From an uncultured Defluviitaleaceae bacterium (lineage in GTDB: Bacteria; Bacillota; Clostridia; Lachnospirales; WRBF01): a stretch of DNA of 64,000 nucleotides. Location: positions 3,508 through 67,507 of the forward strand of contig CAYXWM010000001.1 of assembly GCA_964468805.1 (NCBI GenBank), read 5' to 3'. A program made the translations under genes and the position numbers. This document shows, one piece after another, positions 32,617 through 41,257 of this stretch (position 1 is the first letter of the stretch; each line of letters opens with the position of its first letter). The notes under the pieces were generated by a model. The model was not told where the DNA came from, searched no databases, and was given only the letters and a program-made list of their open reading frames with translations.

Positions 32617-33330
32617 TTATTCAGGAGTTTTGTCAATATGGTACTTTATGCCGTTAACGGCAAGAGTGGTTTCATCATCCCAATGAATAATTATAGTTCC
32701 TGCTTCTCCCCATTTTCCCGTATAGATTCGAATAGGAATCTTAGAAAATTCACAGAAAAGAAGCCGTATATGTTTACTTTCGTTTGTTACGTTCACAAAG
32801 GTAGCTCCGCCGAGGGTTCCTTGGTCGTTGTCTATAATTTCTGCAACATATGTATTTTGGGGTGAATATAGCGTTCTGACTTTAGTATTTAATGCGAACT
32901 CTCCAAAAATATAAGTGAGGAGTGTAAAAAACAGCAAGAGTATCATTAACAGTGCAGAGATAACACCCATTACGACTTTTAAAACGCTTGCTTTTGCAAA
33001 CTTTGCGAAGATTAATCCGGCACTAACACAACATATTAATGAGAACAGTAATATGCCTTTCTGATTGCAGGAAGAAAAGAACAGTCCGTTAAGTACTGAG
33101 GCAGGTAATAAAAATGCTGAGATAACAGTGTTTAGATTATTTAACACGATCTTTGAGGAAAAAAGGATAACGGTCGTTATCAGATTTAAACCGGTTATTA
33201 CAAATAACGTAACAAGGTAATTATATAAAATAAAATTGTACCCGAATATTACACCTATTAATGCACATAAAGGAAAGATAATATTTACAGAAAATAGAAG
33301 TAATGGAGACCGGTTTATCATATTTTTCAT
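32617..33330 (-). CDS. Hypothetical membrane protein with C-terminal extracellular domain
   Basis: About 5 hydrophobic helices then SPQNTYVA..DQGTLGGAT..W.D...L..NG. Confidence 0.7.
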   Translation of the reverse strand: MKNMINRSPLLLFSVNIIFPLCALIGVIFGYNFILYNYLVTLFVITGLNLITTVILFSSKIVLNNLNTVISAFLLPASVLNGLFFSSCNQKGILLFSLICCVSAGLIFAKFAKASVLKVVMGVISALLMILLLFFTLLTYIFGEFALNTKVRTLYSPQNTYVAEIIDNDQGTLGGATFVNVTNESKHIRLLFCEFSKIPIRIYTGKWGEAGTIIIHWDDETTLAVNGIKYHIDKTPE

Positions 33331-33438
33331 TTATAGCCTGCCCTAATTAATTTTCCCACCGCAAAGCGGAAAATTATTTTACCTCATTGGATATATTGCT
33401 GTACCAACCTCTTTATAGTGTATCTAAAACCCATAAAA

Positions 33439-35100
33439 TCATATATTTATACTACAAATTTTCAACTTCCCATCTTTTACGCCGGCCCAATAAACAGCAC
33501 CGTTATAATAAACAGGGCGTTCATATGAGTTTAAGGGAAGTCCGCCAAGTGAAGTAGCCGGAGTAAGAATATCTCCGCTTGGGGATAGTGTCATGTAAAA
33601 GGAATCATCTTTGGTAGACCATAATATCACTATGCGGTCGTTAGCCTCTACTACTTGCGGTGCAACAACGTCTGTGTCCGTATAGTCCGTTAACCAACGT
33701 ACGCCGTAGTCCGAAACCTGTGTAAGCGGAGAATTATTGTTGTCCTTTATGTCAAATGATGTGGCACCGCTGCGGGTTGTACCACCTATAAACATTGATT
33801 TGGAAACACCGGAAGCTCGTGGGTCGAAAACCTGAATAAATAGATTTTGCTTTTCAAGCTTTGCGGCTTCACCGATTGATTTGGCAGAGGCACCCACAAG
33901 GGCAACGCCTTCGCTTGTTTCTGCCAAACCGCCCAGCTGTGCAAAGGTTTTGTTGACTTTGTACATATCGTAATTGGCATTTGCTTCAAGATAGAAATGG
34001 AACAGAATTTCTTTTGCATTTCCATATTTTCCGCTAGCATCGTTTATTCTAAAACCGCGAGCGTATGCGTCGCCATGACTTGCAAACAGGAAATCTGATG
34101 TTATTTTGCTGTAAATCAGGCTTTGATTAAAAGAATGTCCGCTGTAGGTATCGTTTGGTAGAGTATAAGGTGACATATCGTTAATTCTCACGGCAATAAC
34201 ACTGTCACTTTGATGACCGTCGTATCTTTGCTTGGAATGATAATTGACTAAAATATCATCTGCTATAACAGAAACACAGTTTCCCGATCTAAAAGGTACT
34301 TTGGTTTTAGCAGAGTCGCTGTCACCCCAAGGAGTTGATTTACCAACAAAACCGGTTGTATCTATATGTTGACCGTCCGGAGAATATTTTGATATAAAAA
34401 CAGTTTCAATTGAGGCATCGGCGGTTTCGTTATCTTTACCCCAAACCACATAGAAATTCCCATCATCGTCAGAAATAACATCGCCCAATTTAGGGTATTT
34501 TATAGCAAAGCTTATCCGGCTGCTTGGAGTTGTGATTATCAGACTTCCGTCCTGTTCATAGGCGTAAGCCAAGCCTTCATTTTTGTACATAAACTGCTGA
34601 ACGGAAGAAATATTCGCAGTATTACTAATGAAGGACTTTTGCGTGTTTGCCAAATTCGGAAAAATAATAGTTCCCGGTTGTTCGATATTTACAATTTTCG
34701 TTTCTTCGTTCCATTGTACTTCATACCCAAATTTTTCAACTACAGCACGAATGGGCAACAATGTTCTGCCGCCATATATCAGAGGTGGTGCGTCCAAATA
34801 TGTAAAAGTTCCGTCGCTTACCTTCATTATGGGGTCACCGATGGTTAAGCTCAGGGTTAAGTTATCTTTGGTTACTGACGCTGTTTTGGTGTTTTCGTTC
34901 CATGAAACCGTTGCTCCGATTTTTTCGCAAACGGCTCTAATGGGTACCAGCATTCGCCCGTTAACAATAACCGGTGCTTGGTCAAACCTAACACTTTCTC
35001 CTGCCACCATAACTGTAACATAATTGTCCGTCGCAAAGGCTGTCATGTTTACACCGGATAAACATATTATCATTGCCAAAAACATTAAAAACCTTTTCAT
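33439..35100 (-). CDS. Secreted surface protein with copper-amine-oxidase N-terminal-like (stalk) domain
   Basis: Signal peptide; PVIVNGRMLVPIRAV and GRTLLPIRAVVE.FGYEVQW; remainder unrecognised. Confidence 0.8.
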   Translation of the reverse strand: MKRFLMFLAMIICLSGVNMTAFATDNYVTVMVAGESVRFDQAPVIVNGRMLVPIRAVCEKIGATVSWNENTKTASVTKDNLTLSLTIGDPIMKVSDGTFTYLDAPPLIYGGRTLLPIRAVVEKFGYEVQWNEETKIVNIEQPGTIIFPNLANTQKSFISNTANISSVQQFMYKNEGLAYAYEQDGSLIITTPSSRISFAIKYPKLGDVISDDDGNFYVVWGKDNETADASIETVFISKYSPDGQHIDTTGFVGKSTPWGDSDSAKTKVPFRSGNCVSVIADDILVNYHSKQRYDGHQSDSVIAVRINDMSPYTLPNDTYSGHSFNQSLIYSKITSDFLFASHGDAYARGFRINDASGKYGNAKEILFHFYLEANANYDMYKVNKTFAQLGGLAETSEGVALVGASAKSIGEAAKLEKQNLFIQVFDPRASGVSKSMFIGGTTRSGATSFDIKDNNNSPLTQVSDYGVRWLTDYTDTDVVAPQVVEANDRIVILWSTKDDSFYMTLSPSGDILTPATSLGGLPLNSYERPVYYNGAVYWAGVKDGKLKICSINI

Positions 35101-35206
35101 AGCTTAGTAACCTCCTCGTAAAATAATATCTGCACATCATTATCGGGTAAAAACCCATTACATTAAACATAATATACCACAACTACTCCGAAATGAAAAC
35201 CAATTA

Positions 35207-36718
35207 CTATACATCATACCCGAACAGCTTTGCCCTTCTAATCCAATTGGTAAGCTTTTTATTTGCAGATGACTTGGTTTTAAGATTATCCGGAATAAAT
35301 TTGTATACGGTTGAACAAAATCCGCTTAGAGCACCAACGCTTGTGAAATCCTTACAAGCGGCTGAATTAAGCCCGGGTATCCATGAAACAGCACTGTTAA
35401 GTCCTGAAATTAAAATATTTATCCCTATTTTTTCAAATTGGTGCCGATCCAAGAAACAAATATTAAAATTGGGATTTTGGCTTAACTCTTTTAGGGCAAT
35501 TAACTGTTTAACAAAAGTATTGGTAGGCATATATATACGCCTGCCCAATATTTCAGAATATTCATGGACCAACTTTCTTGAGTGTTCCAGAGCATCTTCT
35601 ATACTTTCTATGCAAAAAATACTGTAAACTTGTACATTTTTCAATAATATCTTTATGTCTGTCATTAATGGGTTAAATTCCTTAAACAGGTAGGCGGCTT
35701 CTTTTTCTGTTATTCCCAAATCCGAAATGATTTCTTTTACGCGAATAGTAAGGTGTGGTAAGTTTGAAAAGAGATAGCAACTGTTACTGACGCAATAATT
35801 GCCAATATCCAAAAAACTGTTCGGTTGCTTAAAATAATTATAAATAAATCTTTTGACTGAAATATTTTTATAGTCCTCTAAATTTCTATCAAACTTTTCT
35901 ATCATATTTTTTTTGAATTCAATTTCACATTTGTATGAATCTTTATCGTCCGGCGTTATTTCTATAGCCACTTTATCAGGGTAAACAATAAGCATATTGA
36001 GATCTTGTGATTTGGTGAAATCATCGTAATAGTAACTTTCAACATATCCCAGGAGATGTAACTTTAGCCAATATCCCGAAATTAAAGCCACTTCGCTTAT
36101 CTTAAAATCAGTCCTTAAAATAAGAGTCAGCTTATAGCCTTTATCAAACAATTTTGTCAAAAGATCCATAACAGTGTTTAAAAACTTCTCATCACAGGCA
36201 ATTATAGAAAGCCCTTCCACGCAAACGGCCCTAATTTGAGCCGGTTCAAATTCCGAGGCCTGCTCAAGCAGTTGTAAAAGTGCATCTTTTATTTGGTCAA
36301 TACCGGTTGTTGCAAATTTTATGTCTATAGACTTATTTTTTTTCTTAATTGTAGCTTTTTCGTTCTTTACGGAAAAAGCTTCGGATAACAGGATTAAGCG
36401 GTTGTTTTGATAACTCTCCGAATATTGATTTTTTGTTGTAAGCCATCGCTTGAGTAATTCCAATAAAGCTTCAGTACTGTCCGTGTCATGAGTCGGATAA
36501 AAAACCGAAAGTATGGTTTTGATTATACCGGATTTATCTTGATTATCTTTAGTGATCATATATTCTGCTATGTCTGATACCCAATGCCGTCCGTTTATTA
36601 GTATTCGTGACCCCGTTCGCCATTTTGAGATTAAAGTTAAGTCGGCTCCTATTGTGATAGAAAGTGATTTCGGCGAAATACCAAGCAAATCCATAAGAAC
36701 GCAAAAGTTTGATTTCAT
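35207..36718 (-). CDS. Large transcriptional regulator with N-terminal XRE-like HTH
   Basis: LSITIGADLTLISKWRTGSR; divergent from eCIS cluster; ATG 36718 behind AAGGA. Confidence 0.7.
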   Translation of the reverse strand: MKSNFCVLMDLLGISPKSLSITIGADLTLISKWRTGSRILINGRHWVSDIAEYMITKDNQDKSGIIKTILSVFYPTHDTDSTEALLELLKRWLTTKNQYSESYQNNRLILLSEAFSVKNEKATIKKKNKSIDIKFATTGIDQIKDALLQLLEQASEFEPAQIRAVCVEGLSIIACDEKFLNTVMDLLTKLFDKGYKLTLILRTDFKISEVALISGYWLKLHLLGYVESYYYDDFTKSQDLNMLIVYPDKVAIEITPDDKDSYKCEIEFKKNMIEKFDRNLEDYKNISVKRFIYNYFKQPNSFLDIGNYCVSNSCYLFSNLPHLTIRVKEIISDLGITEKEAAYLFKEFNPLMTDIKILLKNVQVYSIFCIESIEDALEHSRKLVHEYSEILGRRIYMPTNTFVKQLIALKELSQNPNFNICFLDRHQFEKIGINILISGLNSAVSWIPGLNSAACKDFTSVGALSGFCSTVYKFIPDNLKTKSSANKKLTNWIRRAKLFGYDV

Positions 36719-36813
36719 TCTTAACATCCTTTCACAAAAAATTACATATAAAATTATATCATATTGTAGAAAAAGTGTCAATTTATGTATAAATATGAAG
36801 AATATTGACAGAT

Positions 36814-36851
36814 TTGCAATTATTTAATAGCCGGAAATATAATGGTATAAT
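36814..36851 (+). promoter_or_regulatory. Sigma-A-type promoter(s) facing the eCIS cluster
   Basis: TTGCAA-N18-TATAAT plus an overlapping extended -10 TGGTATAAT. Confidence 0.5.
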
Positions 36852-36884
36852 CAACGTCAGAATAAAAACGCATAACTGCTCTTA

Positions 36885-37049
36885 TAAGAACCTGTATTTA
36901 TTATGGTAAAGTCGTAGTGGTGTGAGGTTTTTTGTGAGCAAGGAAGTCACGATGACGCATTTTGGTAGAATATATGCCGAGAGAGGCTAACCGGTATAAA
37001 GAAAATTACTGCCAATACACCGTTTTCTCAGACTGAATACAGGTTCTTA
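36885..37049. mobile_element. MITE-like element family C (165 bp)
   Basis: Terminal inverted repeat TAAGAACCTGTATT(T/C)A, 15/16 match; no ORF. Confidence 0.65.
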
Positions 37050-37071
37050 ATATCTCTGTAACAAAGTTTTT

Positions 37072-39414
37072 TTGTTAAGGGAGGTTAGTTTAATTAAAAC
37101 CTATCAGAATAAAACTAAAATAAATCAAACTACAAACACAACCGAGCAAAAGATTATCCCGTCAGTTTCTCCTTCCAATCAAGCAATGCTGGGATATCTC
37201 GATTCAAGCCGGGGAGCGGAAAAAAGATTACCTACAGAACTGACCCAAAAGCTTGAAAATCATTACGGTTACAATTTAAGTGCTTTGCGGATAAGGGAAT
37301 CCTCAGAAGCTGATAAAGCCGGCGGAAAAGCTTTTACACAAGGTACAAATATTAACTTTGGAAAAGGTATGTTTCAACCTCAAACGAAATTTGGGCAGAA
37401 AATGATTGCTCACGAAGTTGCTCATGTAATACAGCAGGCAAAAGAAAATATTAAGCCCACACAAAGCCATTCTAATATTAATCTTGATTCGTCTCTCGAA
37501 TCGGAAGCCGACAATTATGCCGATAGTTTTTTTCAAACCGGCTCCCAAGCTGATTCATTTCAACAAACACAAAACCTGCAATCACTTCCCACAACCTGCA
37601 TAGACTCTGCCCCTGTTCAAGGTTGGGGTTTTGCAAGCTTGGCGGGAACAAAGGACAGAGGACATGACCTGATTATGCCGTCCGGAAGAAGAATGGCAAA
37701 TAACGAATTACAACATGGCGGATTAACCGCTTATAGCATGAACGATCAGTATAATCTGGATATAGGCAATTTCCTTAATGATATGGGTCCTGATTATAGA
37801 GATGCAAGAGGAGGCAGAAGGAGAGTTGGAAGAGGGCCCGGCGGAGAAAATAAAATTTCAAGTACAAATCCGGGGATAATGAATTCCATATCATTCGGCT
37901 TGAAATTTAAATTAGGTTCAAATAAAAATCGTTATGTTCAGCAAACACATATGGGTGATCTTCAGTTTCTCCACGGTATGAAATCCGGCAGTGACAGAGA
38001 TGTTATAGAAACTTCGGAAAGAATAAAGCTTTATGCCAAATTTGCTTACGGCATGGGAACCGCCGGGGTTAGGAAAAACGCCGGGAATGCTCAAATGCTT
38101 ACCTTGGACAGTAAAGTAGGAGACCTTGCCACAAGCCAATTTGCAAGTCTTGGGCTTCATAACGTTTATACATATTTTGACGGAGAAATGCGAGAAACTT
38201 TAAAAGAAATAGGCGATGCAAAAGCAAAACTTGAAAAATCAGATACTGAAACTGACAAGGCAAAATATCGAAGCATTATAGACGATCGTCAAAAAAAGGC
38301 TGATTTTATGCTTGGAGTTACCCCAAATGCAGACGATAGATACAAGCCGGAGGCAATCAAAGACCTTGAAGGGAAAATTCTAAGTTTGTCCCAAAAACCG
38401 GCGCGTACGCCTAAAGAGAATGCAGAACTAAATAAGTTGGCTGTAAAAAGGCAAGCATTAATGGAGTCGTATAAGGGCAGATCACTGCGGGAAATGGTTG
38501 GAGTAAAAGATGATGACGAGACTTTGGGCGGAGCAACCCCCGCAGACAAAAAAAATAATAGGGATCAGGCTGCAAAAATGCGTTTTCTGGGCAGTTTAAG
38601 TCATATGGCACAGGATACCTTTGCAAACTCTCATGCATTCAGAGGATTTGTTCCCTCTGACGGACAGCAGGCTGTAGATATTACTGACGCAGACAGCGTA
38701 TTGGCAAATGTTGCTCCGATTCTTCAAAACGCAGACTATACCGTACAAGACGAGGAAAAACATCATGCGGCAGATTTATTGGCTAAGGGCACCAAAGCGG
38801 ACGACGACATGAGTCGTGTGGATGATACAGCCGGAGCAAAGCAGGCAAGAGATGTAACGGCACATATACTTCACTCCGCAGCAACCGGAAAATCAGTGGA
38901 TGAGATGAGCGTTTTTTTCGACAGGCTATTTAAAGTAGATGAAGGTGTGGAAAAGGGAGCAAGATTACGTAGAGCACAAAGTGGTTTGGGTGAAGTTGTG
39001 GATGGTGTAATGCCCGAAGATTTAATTCACATGAAATTCCAAGTTCCCGGAGCCGGACGAGCATACAGAAAGAAAGAACTGCATGAATTAGCCCAAGATC
39101 GGACGCTTAAAGGTATGTTATCACAATACAGCTCTATGCTTGAGAGCGTGGAGCTTGGACACGGCGAAGGAGCGGTTCCGGAACCGACAAGACAAAAAAC
39201 AGCGGCTCAACGCGGAAATGAGCTTATTGCACAGGCAGAAACGCTTATTCAAACATTGGCATTTCCCTCCGAAGAAAACTTACGAAAAGAAATAGGTAAT
39301 GATTTATACGATATTTATATGCAATTACAGTCAATTCAAAGGTCTGTTCCTAACCCGAGGGTAGCCTATTTCATAACCGTCATAAGAGAAATGTTGCAAA
39401 ATGAAGCGGGATGA
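37072..39414 (+). CDS. DUF4157 (eCIS core domain) cargo/effector with C-terminal His/Asp-rich domain
   Basis: KAFTQGTNI.F....FQP....GQKMIAHEVAHVIQQ, LESEAD, PVQ linker; C-terminal THMGDLQFLHGM and SHMAQDTFANSH; start codon uncertain. Confidence 0.85.
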   Translation: MLREVSLIKTYQNKTKINQTTNTTEQKIIPSVSPSNQAMLGYLDSSRGAEKRLPTELTQKLENHYGYNLSALRIRESSEADKAGGKAFTQGTNINFGKGMFQPQTKFGQKMIAHEVAHVIQQAKENIKPTQSHSNINLDSSLESEADNYADSFFQTGSQADSFQQTQNLQSLPTTCIDSAPVQGWGFASLAGTKDRGHDLIMPSGRRMANNELQHGGLTAYSMNDQYNLDIGNFLNDMGPDYRDARGGRRRVGRGPGGENKISSTNPGIMNSISFGLKFKLGSNKNRYVQQTHMGDLQFLHGMKSGSDRDVIETSERIKLYAKFAYGMGTAGVRKNAGNAQMLTLDSKVGDLATSQFASLGLHNVYTYFDGEMRETLKEIGDAKAKLEKSDTETDKAKYRSIIDDRQKKADFMLGVTPNADDRYKPEAIKDLEGKILSLSQKPARTPKENAELNKLAVKRQALMESYKGRSLREMVGVKDDDETLGGATPADKKNNRDQAAKMRFLGSLSHMAQDTFANSHAFRGFVPSDGQQAVDITDADSVLANVAPILQNADYTVQDEEKHHAADLLAKGTKADDDMSRVDDTAGAKQARDVTAHILHSAATGKSVDEMSVFFDRLFKVDEGVEKGARLRRAQSGLGEVVDGVMPEDLIHMKFQVPGAGRAYRKKELHELAQDRTLKGMLSQYSSMLESVELGHGEGAVPEPTRQKTAAQRGNELIAQAETLIQTLAFPSEENLRKEIGNDLYDIYMQLQSIQRSVPNPRVAYFITVIREMLQNEAG

Positions 39415-40402
39415 TAAATTGCGTTCATATTATCAAAGACAAAAAGTAGAGAAGCACCAATTCAGAAAAGACGATTCAGAGGAACGTAAAGAGCCACAGG
39501 AAAAAATTCATCAACGGATTGCGGAAGTTTCCCATACAGGAATGAGAAAGTCCCGTGACCCTGTATATGACTTACATGAAAGCTTTAAAATATCTTTCGA
39601 TGAATTGGGCTTAAAGGCTGTTAACAAGGAGACAAAGACAGAAAATCCCGATTTTTCAGAGGATAACATAAAAAATCCAAATCTAACAACAAATGCAGAT
39701 TTTCCCGAGTACAAGCACAGCCTTACTGAATTAAACGGCGGTGCTGTATATAGCAGACTGACCCAATCAATTTTCAGTCAAGGAAAGCTTGCCTCTGCAA
39801 TAATGCTTGGAGAAGGAAAAACTATGCTTATTTCTTGCCTTAAAAGAGCCGTTGGAGGTGGTGCTGTAAATAACTCAAATCAAAGGGAACTTTCACCGTC
39901 TTCAACAAGAATGAACCTAAAAAATTCATCTGAAAGGGCAATATTTAACGGGGTTATAAGCGGTAGTATAGGACTGGTTGTTGATACATGCAAAAACCTG
40001 AACATTACCTTGACTAATATTGAAAGCATGGTAAAGGGAGAAAGAGACGACAGAAATCAATTAGATGATACGGAAACAATTAGGAAACTGTATCCCTTTT
40101 TGGATACAAACAGCGAAACAGAATTGATTAATCGTTACAAACAAGAAAGCGAAACCACAACAGACCTTGCATATAAAAGAGCGTTGACATCCGGAATAAA
40201 TAAGCTAACCGGCATAATGAATGCAAAAAACAATATGAAAAACCGCTTTATAACCCATTTAAGGCAGATTTTGGATGCATCCCGAAAAGCGGAGGAAGAG
40301 TTTTCCCAAGAAGGGTTTACTGAAAGTGTGCTTTCGGAATTGTATATAGAGCCTGAAACGAATGAGGATGATGAACAAGAAAATAATGAAGAAGATAAGT
40401 GA
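39401..40402 (+). CDS. Hypothetical protein of eCIS cargo module
   Basis: 333-aa ORF overlapping the effector end; acidic C-terminus; no recognised family. Confidence 0.75.
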   Translation: MKRDDKLRSYYQRQKVEKHQFRKDDSEERKEPQEKIHQRIAEVSHTGMRKSRDPVYDLHESFKISFDELGLKAVNKETKTENPDFSEDNIKNPNLTTNADFPEYKHSLTELNGGAVYSRLTQSIFSQGKLASAIMLGEGKTMLISCLKRAVGGGAVNNSNQRELSPSSTRMNLKNSSERAIFNGVISGSIGLVVDTCKNLNITLTNIESMVKGERDDRNQLDDTETIRKLYPFLDTNSETELINRYKQESETTTDLAYKRALTSGINKLTGIMNAKNNMKNRFITHLRQILDASRKAEEEFSQEGFTESVLSELYIEPETNEDDEQENNEEDK

Positions 40403-40408
40403 TTCGGT

Positions 40409-40837
40409 ATGAAGCAAAATAAAGAAGCAAACAATAAATCCTCCGCCAAAATTCAAGAGTCCAAGTCCAAGGAAAATGAACAACATTTAGGTTTGCATAC
40501 AAAAAAGCCGGCTTTTGATCCTCTTGATACAATAAGTCTTTATATATCATCAGGGAATACCGGCATTATTCAAGAGGTACTAAAAGCAGCTTCATACTTG
40601 GGCAATCAATACCTTTTGAGGATGATTGAATCATTACCCCCTGTATTTCGTCCCGATATTTACAATACGGAGGAAACCGGCTTCCATACATTATGCCATG
40701 ACGACTTAAATTTAAGTTGCAATAATTTCGAAGGCGAAACGTTCCAATCAAAAGCTGTTGAGGATATGTTTGATTTTGCACCGGATTTTTCGTTTTTTGA
40801 CAGTGCCGTAACGTCACCAAACTATATTAATCTGTAA
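40409..40837 (+). CDS. Hypothetical protein with LGNQ motif
   Basis: 142-aa ORF tightly packed in the operon; AASYLGNQYLLRMI. Confidence 0.7.
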   Translation: MKQNKEANNKSSAKIQESKSKENEQHLGLHTKKPAFDPLDTISLYISSGNTGIIQEVLKAASYLGNQYLLRMIESLPPVFRPDIYNTEETGFHTLCHDDLNLSCNNFEGETFQSKAVEDMFDFAPDFSFFDSAVTSPNYINL

Positions 40838-40839
40838 TT

Positions 40840-41253
40840 ATGGAAAAAACTCTGATTATTAAATATACAAGAGAATTCTTAAATGCCAACGGGTTTTACT
40901 ATAAAGAGGCAGAGGACATGTTCTATATGTACCTTGCGAAACCCGGCAGAAAATGTGCATCAATAATAGTTCCTTATACAGGAGGTATTTCGGGTTTTTT
41001 TTCGTTTCCGTGGCAGGTCCGTGAACACCATTCAAGATTTTTTTCGAGTTTAAACAGTATAAACACCGGATTAAAATTTGGCTGTTTATATTTGGATGAA
41101 AGAAATAATCGAAGGACTGTTGTTTTTAGACATACTGTCACGATTACGGACATCTTTGTTTTTGAGGATAGCATTCAAGAATTGATTGAAACCGGCTTTT
41201 CCGTGTTTCTTAACTTGTGGGACGAAATATTTGGGATGATTCATAAGGAGTAA
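40840..41253 (+). CDS. YbjN/T3SS-chaperone-like small protein
   Basis: 137 aa; LNSINTGLKFGCLYLDE resembles YbjN-family pattern. Confidence 0.5.
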   Translation: MEKTLIIKYTREFLNANGFYYKEAEDMFYMYLAKPGRKCASIIVPYTGGISGFFSFPWQVREHHSRFFSSLNSINTGLKFGCLYLDERNNRRTVVFRHTVTITDIFVFEDSIQELIETGFSVFLNLWDEIFGMIHKE

Positions 41254-41257
41254 GGCT

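Noticed and set aside
35193-35627. 144-aa plus-strand ORF
   Set aside because: Antisense to the 3' end of the XRE regulator; no motifs
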